Below, piece by piece: positions 20,601 through 27,574 of a stretch of DNA of 64,000 bases (position 1 is its first letter; every line of letters starts with the position of its first letter). Origin of the DNA: a virus (Duplodnaviria; Heunggongvirae; Uroviricota; Caudoviricetes). Both the position numbers and the translations under genes were made by a program. The notes beneath the pieces are model-generated. The model was not told the origin of the DNA and ran no database searches. It saw only the letters and a list, made by a program, of their open reading frames with translations. The stretch is taken from IMG/VR virus record IMGVR_UViG_3300027721_000010, positions 31,003 to 95,002 of that record; one strand, given 5' to 3'.

Positions 20601-21411
20601 GAGCCCTTGCTGTGTCCAGCACTTTATCAAGCTTATTTGTGCCTGTAAAAAGTTTATTGAGATAGAGAGAAGCTCTACCTATTTGATTGGCAATCAATGG
20701 TATTTCACCAACACCACCTGTAACATATGCCACAGCAGCATCCTGCACCAATGCACCACCAATAGCACCAGCTGTAAATCCTAAGTTTTTAAGAACCTTG
20801 TCACCCCAGAAGTTTGCAGACCCACGCATGAAAGGAATCATGGATCTGTATGGATGTTCTCTTTCCCATCTACTTACGTAGTTAGGAAATGTATCTTCTA
20901 GGTTTTTGAGCCACAAGTCAATGTCAGACTCATATCCATCTTTCCCTGAAAGTTCAGAAAGACTACCGTTCTTTATAGCAGCTACGGTGTTTGGAATTGT
21001 AGCAAATGATTGAGCAAATGTTCCTATACCTGTAGCAAAGAACTTAGCAGCAGCGTTTCCCAATTGTGTATACCAAGGCTGATTTAAGCTGTATATATTC
21101 TCAAGATCAACACCTCTCAGGTAGGTTCCGTAACGTTGGTTAGAAAGAAGTTCACTTCTTGGAACCATTGACATAGGTCCACTGAAACTTCTTGTTTCGT
21201 TTGCAGCAAGACCAATCTTAGACAAGTCACTAATCCTCATTCCACCAAAATTCCCGCCAGAAGGATTGCCTCCTGAAGGAAGCCCTAATGGTCGAAAGTT
21301 GACATCAACATCCCTAATAGTAGGAGACCCCAGATAGGAATCAGGAGTTCCTGGTAGCTGGGGATTCTGGTCACGAGAGTTATCTATAAGTTCGTTGTCA
21401 AAAATTGGCAT
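8635..21411 (-). CDS. Giant protein of 4258 aa (12.8-kb ORF), candidate multidomain virion-packaged 'polyvalent' or cargo protein. It contains HEFQH (residues 1686-1690, nt 16342..16356) and DFDID (residues 3322-3326, nt 11434..11448).
   Basis: A single uninterrupted ORF under the standard code. Both motifs were checked at the DNA level (rc of atgttggaactcgtg = HEFQH; rc of atctatgtcaaagtc = DFDID). The gene sits downstream of the tail genes, as the giant proteins of crAss-like phages do. Confidence 0.65.
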   Translation of the reverse strand: MPIFDNELIDNSRDQNPQLPGTPDSYLGSPTIRDVDVNFRPLGLPSGGNPSGGNFGGMRISDLSKIGLAANETRSFSGPMSMVPRSELLSNQRYGTYLRGVDLENIYSLNQPWYTQLGNAAAKFFATGIGTFAQSFATIPNTVAAIKNGSLSELSGKDGYESDIDLWLKNLEDTFPNYVSRWEREHPYRSMIPFMRGSANFWGDKVLKNLGFTAGAIGGALVQDAAVAYVTGGVGEIPLIANQIGRASLYLNKLFTGTNKLDKVLDTARALGKSERFIDNLSDLGRAAAATKLNSGFRYGLTVYGSARTEAAVEARDSYRQVRDELINQYRSENGGMEPQGVALDEIEAYATDAMNTRFGANMALLTVSNAVQFGSLFKSFTNASKGVPGTIERSLDDAGRIGLAEGSLDVFERKALTGVGAKVWDSVKPTLKNVLAEGVYEEGGQYAVEKGTYDYYTRKYKNLKDPKNRETWNTLNEALVSTNKGLAEQFGSSAGIENMIIGGLSAVITGGIAGRIQKAMGEPTKDQRLQSTINVLNRYGLTGILQDQYSNTLNAANNAREMEEAAKSGNVFRYKNLKNEQFFGFVSSRIPAGMHDVTIEQLEMLKDLDKEQFEKTFGMDFNESSKKTVNEYVDSLIEKANEIKDVYDSINFTFKNPFVSHINPTTEDQLEENFNFDTYNDWKTNLAYYASVAPDVRDRLNNIQNSLSAINPLLSNDTISSLTRRDSLKELAETYEQQAKTLGDTITEFTTPADKRGTRDKIKTLRTLSERINLALNKGDIDIKTFENLLNFEMSGQESIDKRIIPSEKIAEIYKLGTDINSLEQLRDDASESFDKMASEEGFNKFFNQAEQMANEQEEEASKEETPEAAVIPEVDFVNKAGAKEVPQADREYELAGLKPAKVNKIADDRYEVVSPTGESTFYDNKEDADQAAEDMNADLQDLQKVKVLEINEDGTLKVEDLAGNIQNIQPKQLTGYERVQTAQEKLVEKKEELTRQQDELEKNSGTVTTIDSSQEFSEREPAKKEATILFTSSMTESEDYNDPTKSAPHIVRSRKFLNNVKNNKNRANVKAILVTPNQEASLGLVGLAALSFKVDTTKMTEAELKEFNEKVRKPDTGFIAQVFVVQKGNKLFFADEAGNPMNEVGTQVDLNKVVFQTMPTAELNDSKNKARYRAGQEAEAKAYSEAWSKYREQLMGAPATAFTIHDFRISRGIPIVNDTPALDEDGNPVRNAEGRPVMTFERNHVGEVLVPEDKTSNKGLIVISVTGEIVHNGLPVNVLRGTPVLQYGDTLQVLNNRRFTKAEAKTIFRLLSELSKGFTLNSNLEESYVNFLQNVLHWKQGKSPSKNQVYINPETMDLRIAGKDIPLSEVADREAEIIEELQKTFSNVNNKTIYSDYAFTEYFIDENDQIASREWASYNSYLLSATYPDGSKRAVKDTPLFTSVSKPTPAEPYSYKQKYSTLEGLELDVQYTAPAQQAEAEGVPTVDGYVLDGKTPNVFSLRKESGNFEFTASVEPNGSVTVELVDSQLTRDTVARIAKNKELINTQIVPQLEQLERYDRVKDAAKTDEEIAGDYIGLIAGASLEKKLKEKPTPSEEAAPATETYKGITVVDSSSITTATGEPGAAQYNRAENKILVNRDLLKKKFDEKAWTKPRKQKDGSFATALPENAFATYEEFEKFVIEHEFQHSLLSYQESGATNVGEYEDIINRRALGEEAKPTAAPVSTEVNKTVFRILEQAFYEGNGKRYDVITDAQLQSMSAATKTYLLNLYEQLKAYNDTFKRLGKVLDPQTNKEITTESDKIKYVTSAYFSGLGRPGKLGSSVSMTFPDLVLPVPSAEVIADFNSILGAKITNEQISALEETKPAAQPYDNKGTTGPSTDFRVVAKGEKKEDKIDNLDLAEFRKWHAANVPGIPFEILENIIRRNPDITAWGVFENGVAKFYRSATRGTEYHEIFEGIWKGFLSPGERQDLLNEFRSQSGTFRDRASGTDVEYAAATDTQAKERIADDFADFRVGKLPARSLKELILRFFRSIINFFKNFNAKPTLKQQLFDAIDMGKYKESVLPDTVKNEAAAYREIEGLSEQAAQKFVEDMTARVAGLVFLKAKKYLYSPQKLTSKQIFGEVEQMYLREGDTPGWGGVNKRTKLGDARWNALVQRTKEKLRTLGVNFDTEDRLSLNGEDTNKNDYAPEAFTVDIKKGASFDVKFTLATLFKAKAMDQSNSLSLEMPDAQIDPEVLGYKLLNFSTAFATLLERLSNSSDVNKTMDKLIELAANDADYVRMFTRLGGKKDKSIPYGNFKAEDWRFFISFMQTFTRQRPDAMVQRIAGGETFTTPANVQTAARQQVDTWVNNMKVLARTSKGAVIYDSKTETYKANTKKLKEMPISSPKQMIEFLNEIGVTFDLDTYKKLKTYGGDKSQKNQFANAVKDIRAFLQSADDLLTVTSQTLGITTQLNNLGRLYVNANNPNQDITYFGIERKRMQAYIDNNTASVFENEFNEAATLDELLEKRPELQDMFSTHSQILKKGGLYFDKEGNRIREIKVMTIQGIDNSDDADSKSISKLGLGERFSLEINENLNGNFYILIPADSSTEWMMNVGNQIGYQEFVDGKAWNKIYSIYKGYLMDDIALARDYKTRGKLNNVKARAKELRFFNDILRPKTLEKLNSMIADKSVSMEEIEKYVNENQDSINQDVAAFLDGISTKTMNILQRNSQISPVEAGWTWDSLDNTFARKFGINKNQPIVEDVLKQILMFRTANYTINNIEYHKVLFGDPLQFSTKNGKFDETKRIKSFLSPRRTTFDVAAFDNFLNDNMNEVAGIMLKPGDPGYHNHKAYTRTVTLADPKIASALANIIPAYGSIDEADAASWLMDNTFREVKLKNGQWSDEAENFHQWQMAYTRKKLAAKGKYTYTSPELKAYDQKLTSTPSPKYTLEILKPIVSGVKYNSNSINLVLDKFSQMPIYYSMVEGTSMEKFYTQMLEQGYGYAIVESGRKVGAEGLHNLYNPNGTFNEEAFNNFVDVPWKAYGIQVENIYDEGKEQTRGSQLTKLASIDLFANGQVFGATGARAEYIKELYKRNVRDLDRMHVNAYNRLLNKLGIVDNGQGFTLEDKQALSEVLVYEMFRRELSENAKDTVRLNEEDEFRIPFEASPSYVQIRNIIYSMIEKAILSPSMGGKPLVQAPVTMWESAEKGRSLVLKTDEGWKKISREEYEALDDSEKKNVRMTSDTLKFYTKDKPYMEVLLPHWFKDKLAAKKFKTDQEILDYINKSPDGQKILRGIGFRIPTQSLSSVDSFKVAGFLPQYMGDTVVVPTELVTKAGSDFDIDKLNTYLRNVYVDATGNVRLVKYKGSEEATKAFFTKVYEDTVQAEIDRIEKFEGFRDRMFKVLIDLEDLSDFSTESINAALDEQDIDFFYDHLNMFKEIVKQAADNNISASEYVAQQVENLENKKVKLTKKILNDKLKTSYVEDMYKRSLENEYYDSLEELITLPENFQRLLTPVSDGGLKKIASELETLTNDKEADVKNKILDPNYMTTLRHAFVTAKRWVGIGAVNITNHSLSQKVTVYMDPERIKNTSEFDQKFLGDGTILLPHNKVTINGKEYISMSGVLDADGKMYISDGLSGYITSFVDVAKDPYIMKIIRSDKAVGTFMLMQRIGVPLRTAALFMNQPIIKQYLELVEGTESRGLFRAENIKNIKNRFPVKDGDVAEVANTIDTSTLADNISEFAQNGKLSTLKKNAEQQLIFEQFLRLAKMAQYNFNFTQAINYDTTKFKSSDALGKKIMKTDMAMENNIFTSPEEVLNNSHIGQQKRILSMSVDAAGSIFVLDQDRFKAITNQILDQYKKRDFISEDDYARIANKIRASFLDYVIQTRTGLNASIKPLLIDANTSVATRLAEAKTLYANELPILRQLEVRFNRDNGIHTVMLMANVKDAASENMYIGMMRELRNNPKTNQLYKDLVTLSILQGTYQTGVSIKNIIPIEDYSATVAPVIAGLRVTEDMEAFAQGMFQRNNWDDKMVFYPLNKVFFITTSQQPLFSDIAGEAVYEYYSPVFPSNDALKIKSTERKILYLDENYDNDAISSGDYVKIKRVVANKNGGELVDVLKGVGVSKKAYALMKKAGNPLITQVLGYQKVTYPDGTPVTIGVKNYKGQIENKYVYKLINLYGEGAFGSEYYTDFKPSVVDNNTVRIKNEIPNNDIIAALSQDIKVDDVMQQSPTPTTDVKVDTPTEISEAKQLDLFDTDPENLEGADDSAPCKR

Positions 21412-21417
21412 TGCTAA

Positions 21418-24051
21418 TTATTTTTGGCTCAGCACCTCTTGTACGGTGAGAGGTCCTATTCCTTTTAGAATTTCTTCTACGCCAGCTGCACCAACAAATC
21501 CTTGTTGATTGAGATAGGCATCTTTCCAAACACCTTTATCGTAAACATACATTCTCACTGCAAATCTATCAGACTCACTTCCATCATTGTTAGAAGATCC
21601 TTCAATATCCAATCTGGTAAAAGGTGCATATCCGCCAGACTGCAATCCAGGAATATCATATCCCGTCATAGGAGCACCTACAGGCTTTCCTCTTCCTATG
21701 GTGTTTGTTGTCAACTCTGGAGAACTTAGAACATCAAACTTCACTTTAGTCATGAAGCTAGACTTGGCCATAGAAGGGAAATAAGCATTCAAGTCTGAAG
21801 CACTCATAGGAATTATTTGTTTACTATTGTCTTCACCAAAAAGTATCATTTTTCCTGTGCCATCAAAGTTCTTTTCTATTACAAACTTTGCACCCTTCTG
21901 TCCTTGTATTTCTGTTGCCTTTGATGGTTTAAAGTCATCAGGATTGTTTACATCAAGACTACCAAATTGATCATAATAGCTTGTAGCATTTCCTATAAGT
22001 TCATTCACTCTTTGCTCAGTGATCTTATCACCCATGTTCAGAGTTCCAAATGTGGTTTGGAATTCAGGCATACGTTTAGCCAAATACTGACTTGCAGTTG
22101 ATTGTGCTTGCGCATAAGTGTTTGCGATCTGTGGTTTGTAGCTTCTAACAAGTTCCCCAGATCTATTCCAAAGTGCTTGTTCTTGTGGTGTTAGGGATTC
22201 TTTTTTCTGTAGCTGTTCTTTTGTAGCATATCTTCCAGGTTGTGCTTCGTAAACATTCACCAGAGAATTTGCTAACATTTTAAGTTTAGCAGGAACAGCT
22301 TTTAGGAATCCTTGTTTATCTAACTGTGATGCACCAGCACCAGAAGCTGCACCAGCAGGATCTATTTTTATATAATCACCAAGCATTGATCTAACCTTGT
22401 ATAGGTCTTCTGCACTATACACCTCTTCTCCAGCAGAATTATTATAACCTGCAACACCCCTAAACATATCTGTCACCTTGGTTTGATAAGGTGCCATTAC
22501 TTTTTGAGTGGATAAAAGCAGGTTCTCTCTTCTACTCTTTTCATCAGTCAGTGCACCAATCCCTTGCAAATACTCAATTTGATTAGGGTCTTTAATGCTA
22601 AACGGATTAGCCCTATACTTTTCTTCAAGATCTTTTAATGACTTTAATCTTTGATCAGCGGGAAGATCTCCAAACAAAAGAGCTCCGTATTGATCTCTCA
22701 ACTTTCCTGCATTTACATTCAAGTTGGTGATAGAGTTTTCTAGGTCAGATACAGTGGGGAGAGCTACATCTGTTCCCAATCCTCCATAACTAGCAATTGG
22801 TAACCTTGCTGCAGCTTCAGCATCTTTATCTGCTCTTTCTGTTTTAAATTTAAGTACATCAAGATCATACTGTTTTTGTCTTAATCCAAAGCCTGCCCAG
22901 AACTGAGCATCTTCCACCTTTGCTCTATTTACTTGAAACGCAAGCTTTTTCTTCTCCATGTTCATTTGAGCATAGGGATTGCTGAGTATTTCTTGTGTAT
23001 AGCTTTGGTTAGAAAGATCTTGAGCAAGTCCTGTTAAATACTTCTGTGTATACGTGCGGTATTTAAAGTCTTCCAGATTACTCACCTTACCTATCTCATC
23101 AATCTTTGCAGCAGCCTCTTTCTCAAAAAAGCCACTGTTTATTTTGTCAACCCCATTAGTAATAGCAGCTTCTATTTCTGCTCTCTGGGATGACGTTAAA
23201 TTATCATTGGTCTTGAGCTCTACAGCCAGCTTACTCAAGTTGTCTGCTAACGCTTTCTTTTGAGTTCCGTAAGTGTCAACAATATCATTTTGGAATGTCA
23301 CCTTTGTAGCATTCTTGTAATGATAGTTACCTGTGATCATAAGCTGACGCTTATCATTCTCATCTAGTGTAGAGTAGAAGGTGTTTAAGATTTTCTCAGC
23401 AGGCACACCTTTTACTGTAATCCTACGCATAGCGTCATCAATCATAGGATTACCATCCTTATCTAATCTGTAACTACCATCTCGATTTTTTTGAAAAGGA
23501 TCATCTTTAGAATTTGTTATTTCCTTTATCTTAGAAGCTATATCTGTTAGCTTCTTACCAACATCTGTATATTCAATGTACTCTCCTGTAAACTTCCTTG
23601 CAAGGTCAGGATCGCTATCCCATCTACTCACCTCACTAGAAAACCACCATTCGTTCTCTGGAGATGACTTACCCTTTCTCTTGGCCTCCTCCATATATCC
23701 CTGCTGTTTTCTGATGAGCTGGGTGGATTCATAGGCGTTCTTAACCACTGGGTCCTTGACCACCTGTCCTATCATTCCCCCTACTGAGTTCACCAGTTGG
23801 AAGTTAGAAAAGTCACCAGCAGCCACCATAGAAAGGTTGTTACCCAATTCATTCAACTTAGACTGTAGATAGGCTTTGTGTTTGGTACTATAAATGTCCA
23901 TCCCACCTATCTGATCTATCTGAGACTGAATCTTTTGGATACCATCATCGTAGCGCTTCTGCTTTTCCATACCCACCTGTACCATAGCCTCCACAGGAAG
24001 CTGCTGGACGTAGGGGTTAAATTGGGGTATTATGTCAGTAAATGAAGCCAT
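21418..24051 (-). CDS. Large structural or cargo protein of 877 aa, hypothetical.
   Basis: ORF with tight operon spacing. Confidence 0.55.
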   Translation of the reverse strand: MASFTDIIPQFNPYVQQLPVEAMVQVGMEKQKRYDDGIQKIQSQIDQIGGMDIYSTKHKAYLQSKLNELGNNLSMVAAGDFSNFQLVNSVGGMIGQVVKDPVVKNAYESTQLIRKQQGYMEEAKRKGKSSPENEWWFSSEVSRWDSDPDLARKFTGEYIEYTDVGKKLTDIASKIKEITNSKDDPFQKNRDGSYRLDKDGNPMIDDAMRRITVKGVPAEKILNTFYSTLDENDKRQLMITGNYHYKNATKVTFQNDIVDTYGTQKKALADNLSKLAVELKTNDNLTSSQRAEIEAAITNGVDKINSGFFEKEAAAKIDEIGKVSNLEDFKYRTYTQKYLTGLAQDLSNQSYTQEILSNPYAQMNMEKKKLAFQVNRAKVEDAQFWAGFGLRQKQYDLDVLKFKTERADKDAEAAARLPIASYGGLGTDVALPTVSDLENSITNLNVNAGKLRDQYGALLFGDLPADQRLKSLKDLEEKYRANPFSIKDPNQIEYLQGIGALTDEKSRRENLLLSTQKVMAPYQTKVTDMFRGVAGYNNSAGEEVYSAEDLYKVRSMLGDYIKIDPAGAASGAGASQLDKQGFLKAVPAKLKMLANSLVNVYEAQPGRYATKEQLQKKESLTPQEQALWNRSGELVRSYKPQIANTYAQAQSTASQYLAKRMPEFQTTFGTLNMGDKITEQRVNELIGNATSYYDQFGSLDVNNPDDFKPSKATEIQGQKGAKFVIEKNFDGTGKMILFGEDNSKQIIPMSASDLNAYFPSMAKSSFMTKVKFDVLSSPELTTNTIGRGKPVGAPMTGYDIPGLQSGGYAPFTRLDIEGSSNNDGSESDRFAVRMYVYDKGVWKDAYLNQQGFVGAAGVEEILKGIGPLTVQEVLSQK

Positions 24052-24138
24052 GGTACATCAAGTTAGCAAATGTAATATGAATAATTATAATTTCCAAGAG
24101 GTATAACGAGTTTTGGTAAATCGCTATAACTGAGTTGA

Positions 24139-27100
24139 TTAGAGATTTTTAAAAGCTTTTACAATTGAGCTGTTTCTGTCCTCTTTGGTTTTCTTTTTCT
24201 TTTTAATAGAACCACCTTTTCTGTACAGATCCTCATACTCCTCAGCAGCGTCAGATATTAATCCAGGTCTTGAAATTAGTGGAGATCTGTCTGCAGGAAT
24301 AGTTACGGGTGTTGTTGTTGGGGTGATGGGGGTAAAATCAAGAGGGGGAGGACCAATTGTTCCTGGGGCTGGTTCAGCACCACCTGGAGGAGGAACCTGT
24401 GTAACTGCAGGGGCTCCAGGAGCTGCTGCAGGCACTTGTCCTGAAGAAGCTCCAGCGCCCATTGTTTGATATTGCTTTCCATCAGGCCCAACGTACACTG
24501 TAGGCATCTGGGGTTGGAAAGGAGCATTCATGTTGATGGCTCTAAACCTAGGATCATAACGGTAGTTGTACATGTTCTCCATTGTAGCTAACGTTCTGTT
24601 TTCCAATCTGTTACGTAGAAACTTATCACTAATTGAGTTGAGAGCAGCTTGTGTTGTGGCCTTAGTTTTAGAAAGTGCCTCAGCCTGTCTCACGTACTGT
24701 CTATCAAAAATGCCTAGTTTCTGTAAACCAAATTGATTGAGAATGTTTCTGTTCTGCTCATAGACACGTTGCTTCTCAGCCTGGTTCAGTCTGAATTGCT
24801 CACCCAGCACCTTCTGATTAGCAGCATATTTCTGTGCGCTCAGCTGACCCTGAATAGCAGGATTGTAACCAACCATTCTCTGTTGCGATCTGTAGGTAGC
24901 TTCGTTCTCATTCAAAATGTCCTGCAGAGAGATATCAAAAGGAGCAGATAACTGAGGTTGCACTGTTTGAGCCTGTACAGGTTCCACCTGATTAGTAGAC
25001 AGAGCAAACATCTCACCCATCAATTGCATTGGATTGAGGGCTTCTGAATCTGAAGGTCTTAGGTAAGGCACCACCTGACCAAGAACATCTACCAACGTGT
25101 TCCTTTTGTAAGGAGTGACAGAATATGCAGGTGTACCCACTGGAGCTTGTTGAGGGGGTTCTTGCAACCTTGAGATATTAAGCGTGCCTCCTGGGATTGT
25201 GGGTATTGGCTTGCTCTCACCATACAAAGATTCTGCACTTACGGTTTGCTCACCAAAATCACCATCTACTTGCAAACGAGTGTCAACACCCAATTTCTTA
25301 GCCTCTCTATTAAATGCTTTTTGGAAGTCTCTAACATCAGCATCACTAGAAGGATCAAAGTTTGCCCAGTCATACCAAGGGTTTCTGGCCATCATGGCCT
25401 CAAAGTCTGCTTGGGTAACATCTCCATAAAATACATCACCCTTTTGTTGTCCTGCAGGTACATTAGGAAGAGCTGATACTTTCTTAAGTTTCTTACCACC
25501 CTGTGCTGTATCTTTAAATGCCTCTTTATCAATCTTCACCTTACCTCTAGCCAAGTCATCAGCAACAATGCCCATTTCTTCAGCTGTATCATTAATAGCA
25601 TTCTGCAAAGAAGCAGCTGCCGTCTTCTTATCAGCAATATCTTTCAGCTTGCTATTTGCTCCTAACATAGTGTATTGCAAAGAGTTAAGTGTCATTCTAT
25701 CAATAGGAGTGCTCACTTCTAAGTCTTCCAACATCTTTGTAGCATTGTCAATTTTCTTGTTTTGCTTGTTCTCTTTCTTAGACAAGTCAGCTACATATGT
25801 TTTGAACTTCTTACCCTTTGCATCATTTCCAAGGAACGGAATGTATTCTTTAGGAATCTTGAGGTTGCCAAATACCACTAGGTTAGAATCAGGACTGCTG
25901 CCATCTTTTAACTTCATAGCAGGCTCACCTCTTTCCACTTCTACAGGATTCTCACCATAGGTGATACCGATACCAGTGTTACCTCTTCCATCAGATTCAT
26001 CGTGAGATTGGCCTCTGAACATAATTGTCTCACCGCCATCTGGCAGATAAGGGTTGTAAGACATAGGTTCTGCATACCCACCCCAGTGTGTCTGGAGTTC
26101 TCCACCCATTTGCATCACAGGTCTTTCTGTAGACATAGCTGCTGCACTAGGAGGAGTGTATGCTTTTAAGTGACCACCAGCTCTGAGCATCTCTGCATCA
26201 TGAGGAGGTTTCAAAAGATCTTTTAAATTATGTCCTCCAAAAGATACAATCTTCTGAGGTTGCCATGTGTGGCTCACCCAAGCGTATGGAGAGGTGGTTC
26301 CACCATCTTCCATGTAGCTAGAGAACTGACTCTGTATACCCATTCCAAAGTTTCTTCCCAGAATGTTACCCATGTTTCTTCTAGACTCAGCTTGGTATTC
26401 TTTAATCTTCTCCTCACTTCTGTCTATAATTCCACCTACAGCACTTCCAAGCAGACCACCGATTGCACCACCGATAGGACCACCAATTGCAGTACCAGCA
26501 GCGGTTCCAATACCTTTACCTATCTTATTACCAGCCTCCACTTCACTACCAGTGACAACATTTCCTAGAGTGCCAGCCAGTGCATTTCCACCCTGTTGAG
26601 TCATGAATGTATTGAAGTCAAAACCACCAGCTGCCTTACGCAGCTTACCACCACCATAGAACTGCTTGTATCTTTCACTATCATTCAAAGGTTCATATCC
26701 AAGGTTGTCATATAAGGTGTTAGGAGCATATGTGTTTGCAATTTCTCCTCCACCTACAGAAGCTCCAAACTCAGCAAGTACATTTGTACCTACACCATAA
26801 GAAGGGAACATCTGTTCAGGTTGTATAACTACATCCTCTGGTCTAACATATTGACGTCTAATGGGTTGCACAGGAACACTAGCAGCCGCAAGACCCATAG
26901 CGTTTGTTAGAGCAGACATTTGCTTAGCCTCACGAACAGCATTCTGTTGGTCCTTAATCATGCTGAGTCCCTGTATAACATCTACACCAGACTGAACATA
27001 CATACCAGTTGCATCTGTTGGCATCTTAGAGCTACCAGGTACAGCAGTGGTGCTAGTAGATGTGCTAGGAGCATAAAGAGTTGTAGTGGGTGTCCCACCT

Positions 27101-27573
27101 CCTGTTGCTCCAGTGCTAGACATTCTACCCTCGTTCCAAGCATCCCAATCAGACTTCCAAGAGTTGTAGTCAGAGTAGTTTTCAATCTTTGGCTCAAGTT
27201 CGGTTCCAGTCTGAGCTTTCTTGATCTTCTTACCACGTTTAGCAGGGGGTGGTGTGTCAAGAAGTTTTTCTGAGGCAGTCTGCAACATAGCAGGATCTAT
27301 TCCATACTGGTCAGCAAACCCTCCCAGGGCTTCTATCTTCTCTCGATCAGAACTGGTTAGACCTGTGAGCTGATACTCAAGCTCATCGTACATCCCACGG
27401 ACATCAGCAGGGCTGTAGGTGGGCATTTCAGCTTGACTAGTCATGTAGGTGCCTATCTGAGCTTTTTTGAAAGCCTTACCATGTGCTTTCATAAATGCTT
27501 CTTCTGTAGGAAACTTCTTGTAGAATTCTTTCTCAGACTTGACACCAGCGATCTTTAGAATCTGTTTTTTCAT
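24139..27573 (-). CDS. 1144-aa virion protein with a Gly-rich segment (GIGTAAGTAIGGPIGGAIGGLLGSAVGG) and a peptidoglycan-binding-domain-like motif (VRDFQKAFNREAKKLGVDTRLQVDGDFGEQTVSAE). It is a candidate cell-wall-interacting ejection protein or virion lysin.
   Basis: The PG_binding_1 consensus (DGxFGxxTxxAVxxFQ) is recognisable in reversed-segment form, and the protein shares an MQMGG motif with the neighbouring 484-aa protein. Confidence 0.55.
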   Translation of the reverse strand: MKKQILKIAGVKSEKEFYKKFPTEEAFMKAHGKAFKKAQIGTYMTSQAEMPTYSPADVRGMYDELEYQLTGLTSSDREKIEALGGFADQYGIDPAMLQTASEKLLDTPPPAKRGKKIKKAQTGTELEPKIENYSDYNSWKSDWDAWNEGRMSSTGATGGGTPTTTLYAPSTSTSTTAVPGSSKMPTDATGMYVQSGVDVIQGLSMIKDQQNAVREAKQMSALTNAMGLAAASVPVQPIRRQYVRPEDVVIQPEQMFPSYGVGTNVLAEFGASVGGGEIANTYAPNTLYDNLGYEPLNDSERYKQFYGGGKLRKAAGGFDFNTFMTQQGGNALAGTLGNVVTGSEVEAGNKIGKGIGTAAGTAIGGPIGGAIGGLLGSAVGGIIDRSEEKIKEYQAESRRNMGNILGRNFGMGIQSQFSSYMEDGGTTSPYAWVSHTWQPQKIVSFGGHNLKDLLKPPHDAEMLRAGGHLKAYTPPSAAAMSTERPVMQMGGELQTHWGGYAEPMSYNPYLPDGGETIMFRGQSHDESDGRGNTGIGITYGENPVEVERGEPAMKLKDGSSPDSNLVVFGNLKIPKEYIPFLGNDAKGKKFKTYVADLSKKENKQNKKIDNATKMLEDLEVSTPIDRMTLNSLQYTMLGANSKLKDIADKKTAAASLQNAINDTAEEMGIVADDLARGKVKIDKEAFKDTAQGGKKLKKVSALPNVPAGQQKGDVFYGDVTQADFEAMMARNPWYDWANFDPSSDADVRDFQKAFNREAKKLGVDTRLQVDGDFGEQTVSAESLYGESKPIPTIPGGTLNISRLQEPPQQAPVGTPAYSVTPYKRNTLVDVLGQVVPYLRPSDSEALNPMQLMGEMFALSTNQVEPVQAQTVQPQLSAPFDISLQDILNENEATYRSQQRMVGYNPAIQGQLSAQKYAANQKVLGEQFRLNQAEKQRVYEQNRNILNQFGLQKLGIFDRQYVRQAEALSKTKATTQAALNSISDKFLRNRLENRTLATMENMYNYRYDPRFRAINMNAPFQPQMPTVYVGPDGKQYQTMGAGASSGQVPAAAPGAPAVTQVPPPGGAEPAPGTIGPPPLDFTPITPTTTPVTIPADRSPLISRPGLISDAAEEYEDLYRKGGSIKKKKKTKEDRNSSIVKAFKNL

Positions 27574-27574
27574 A

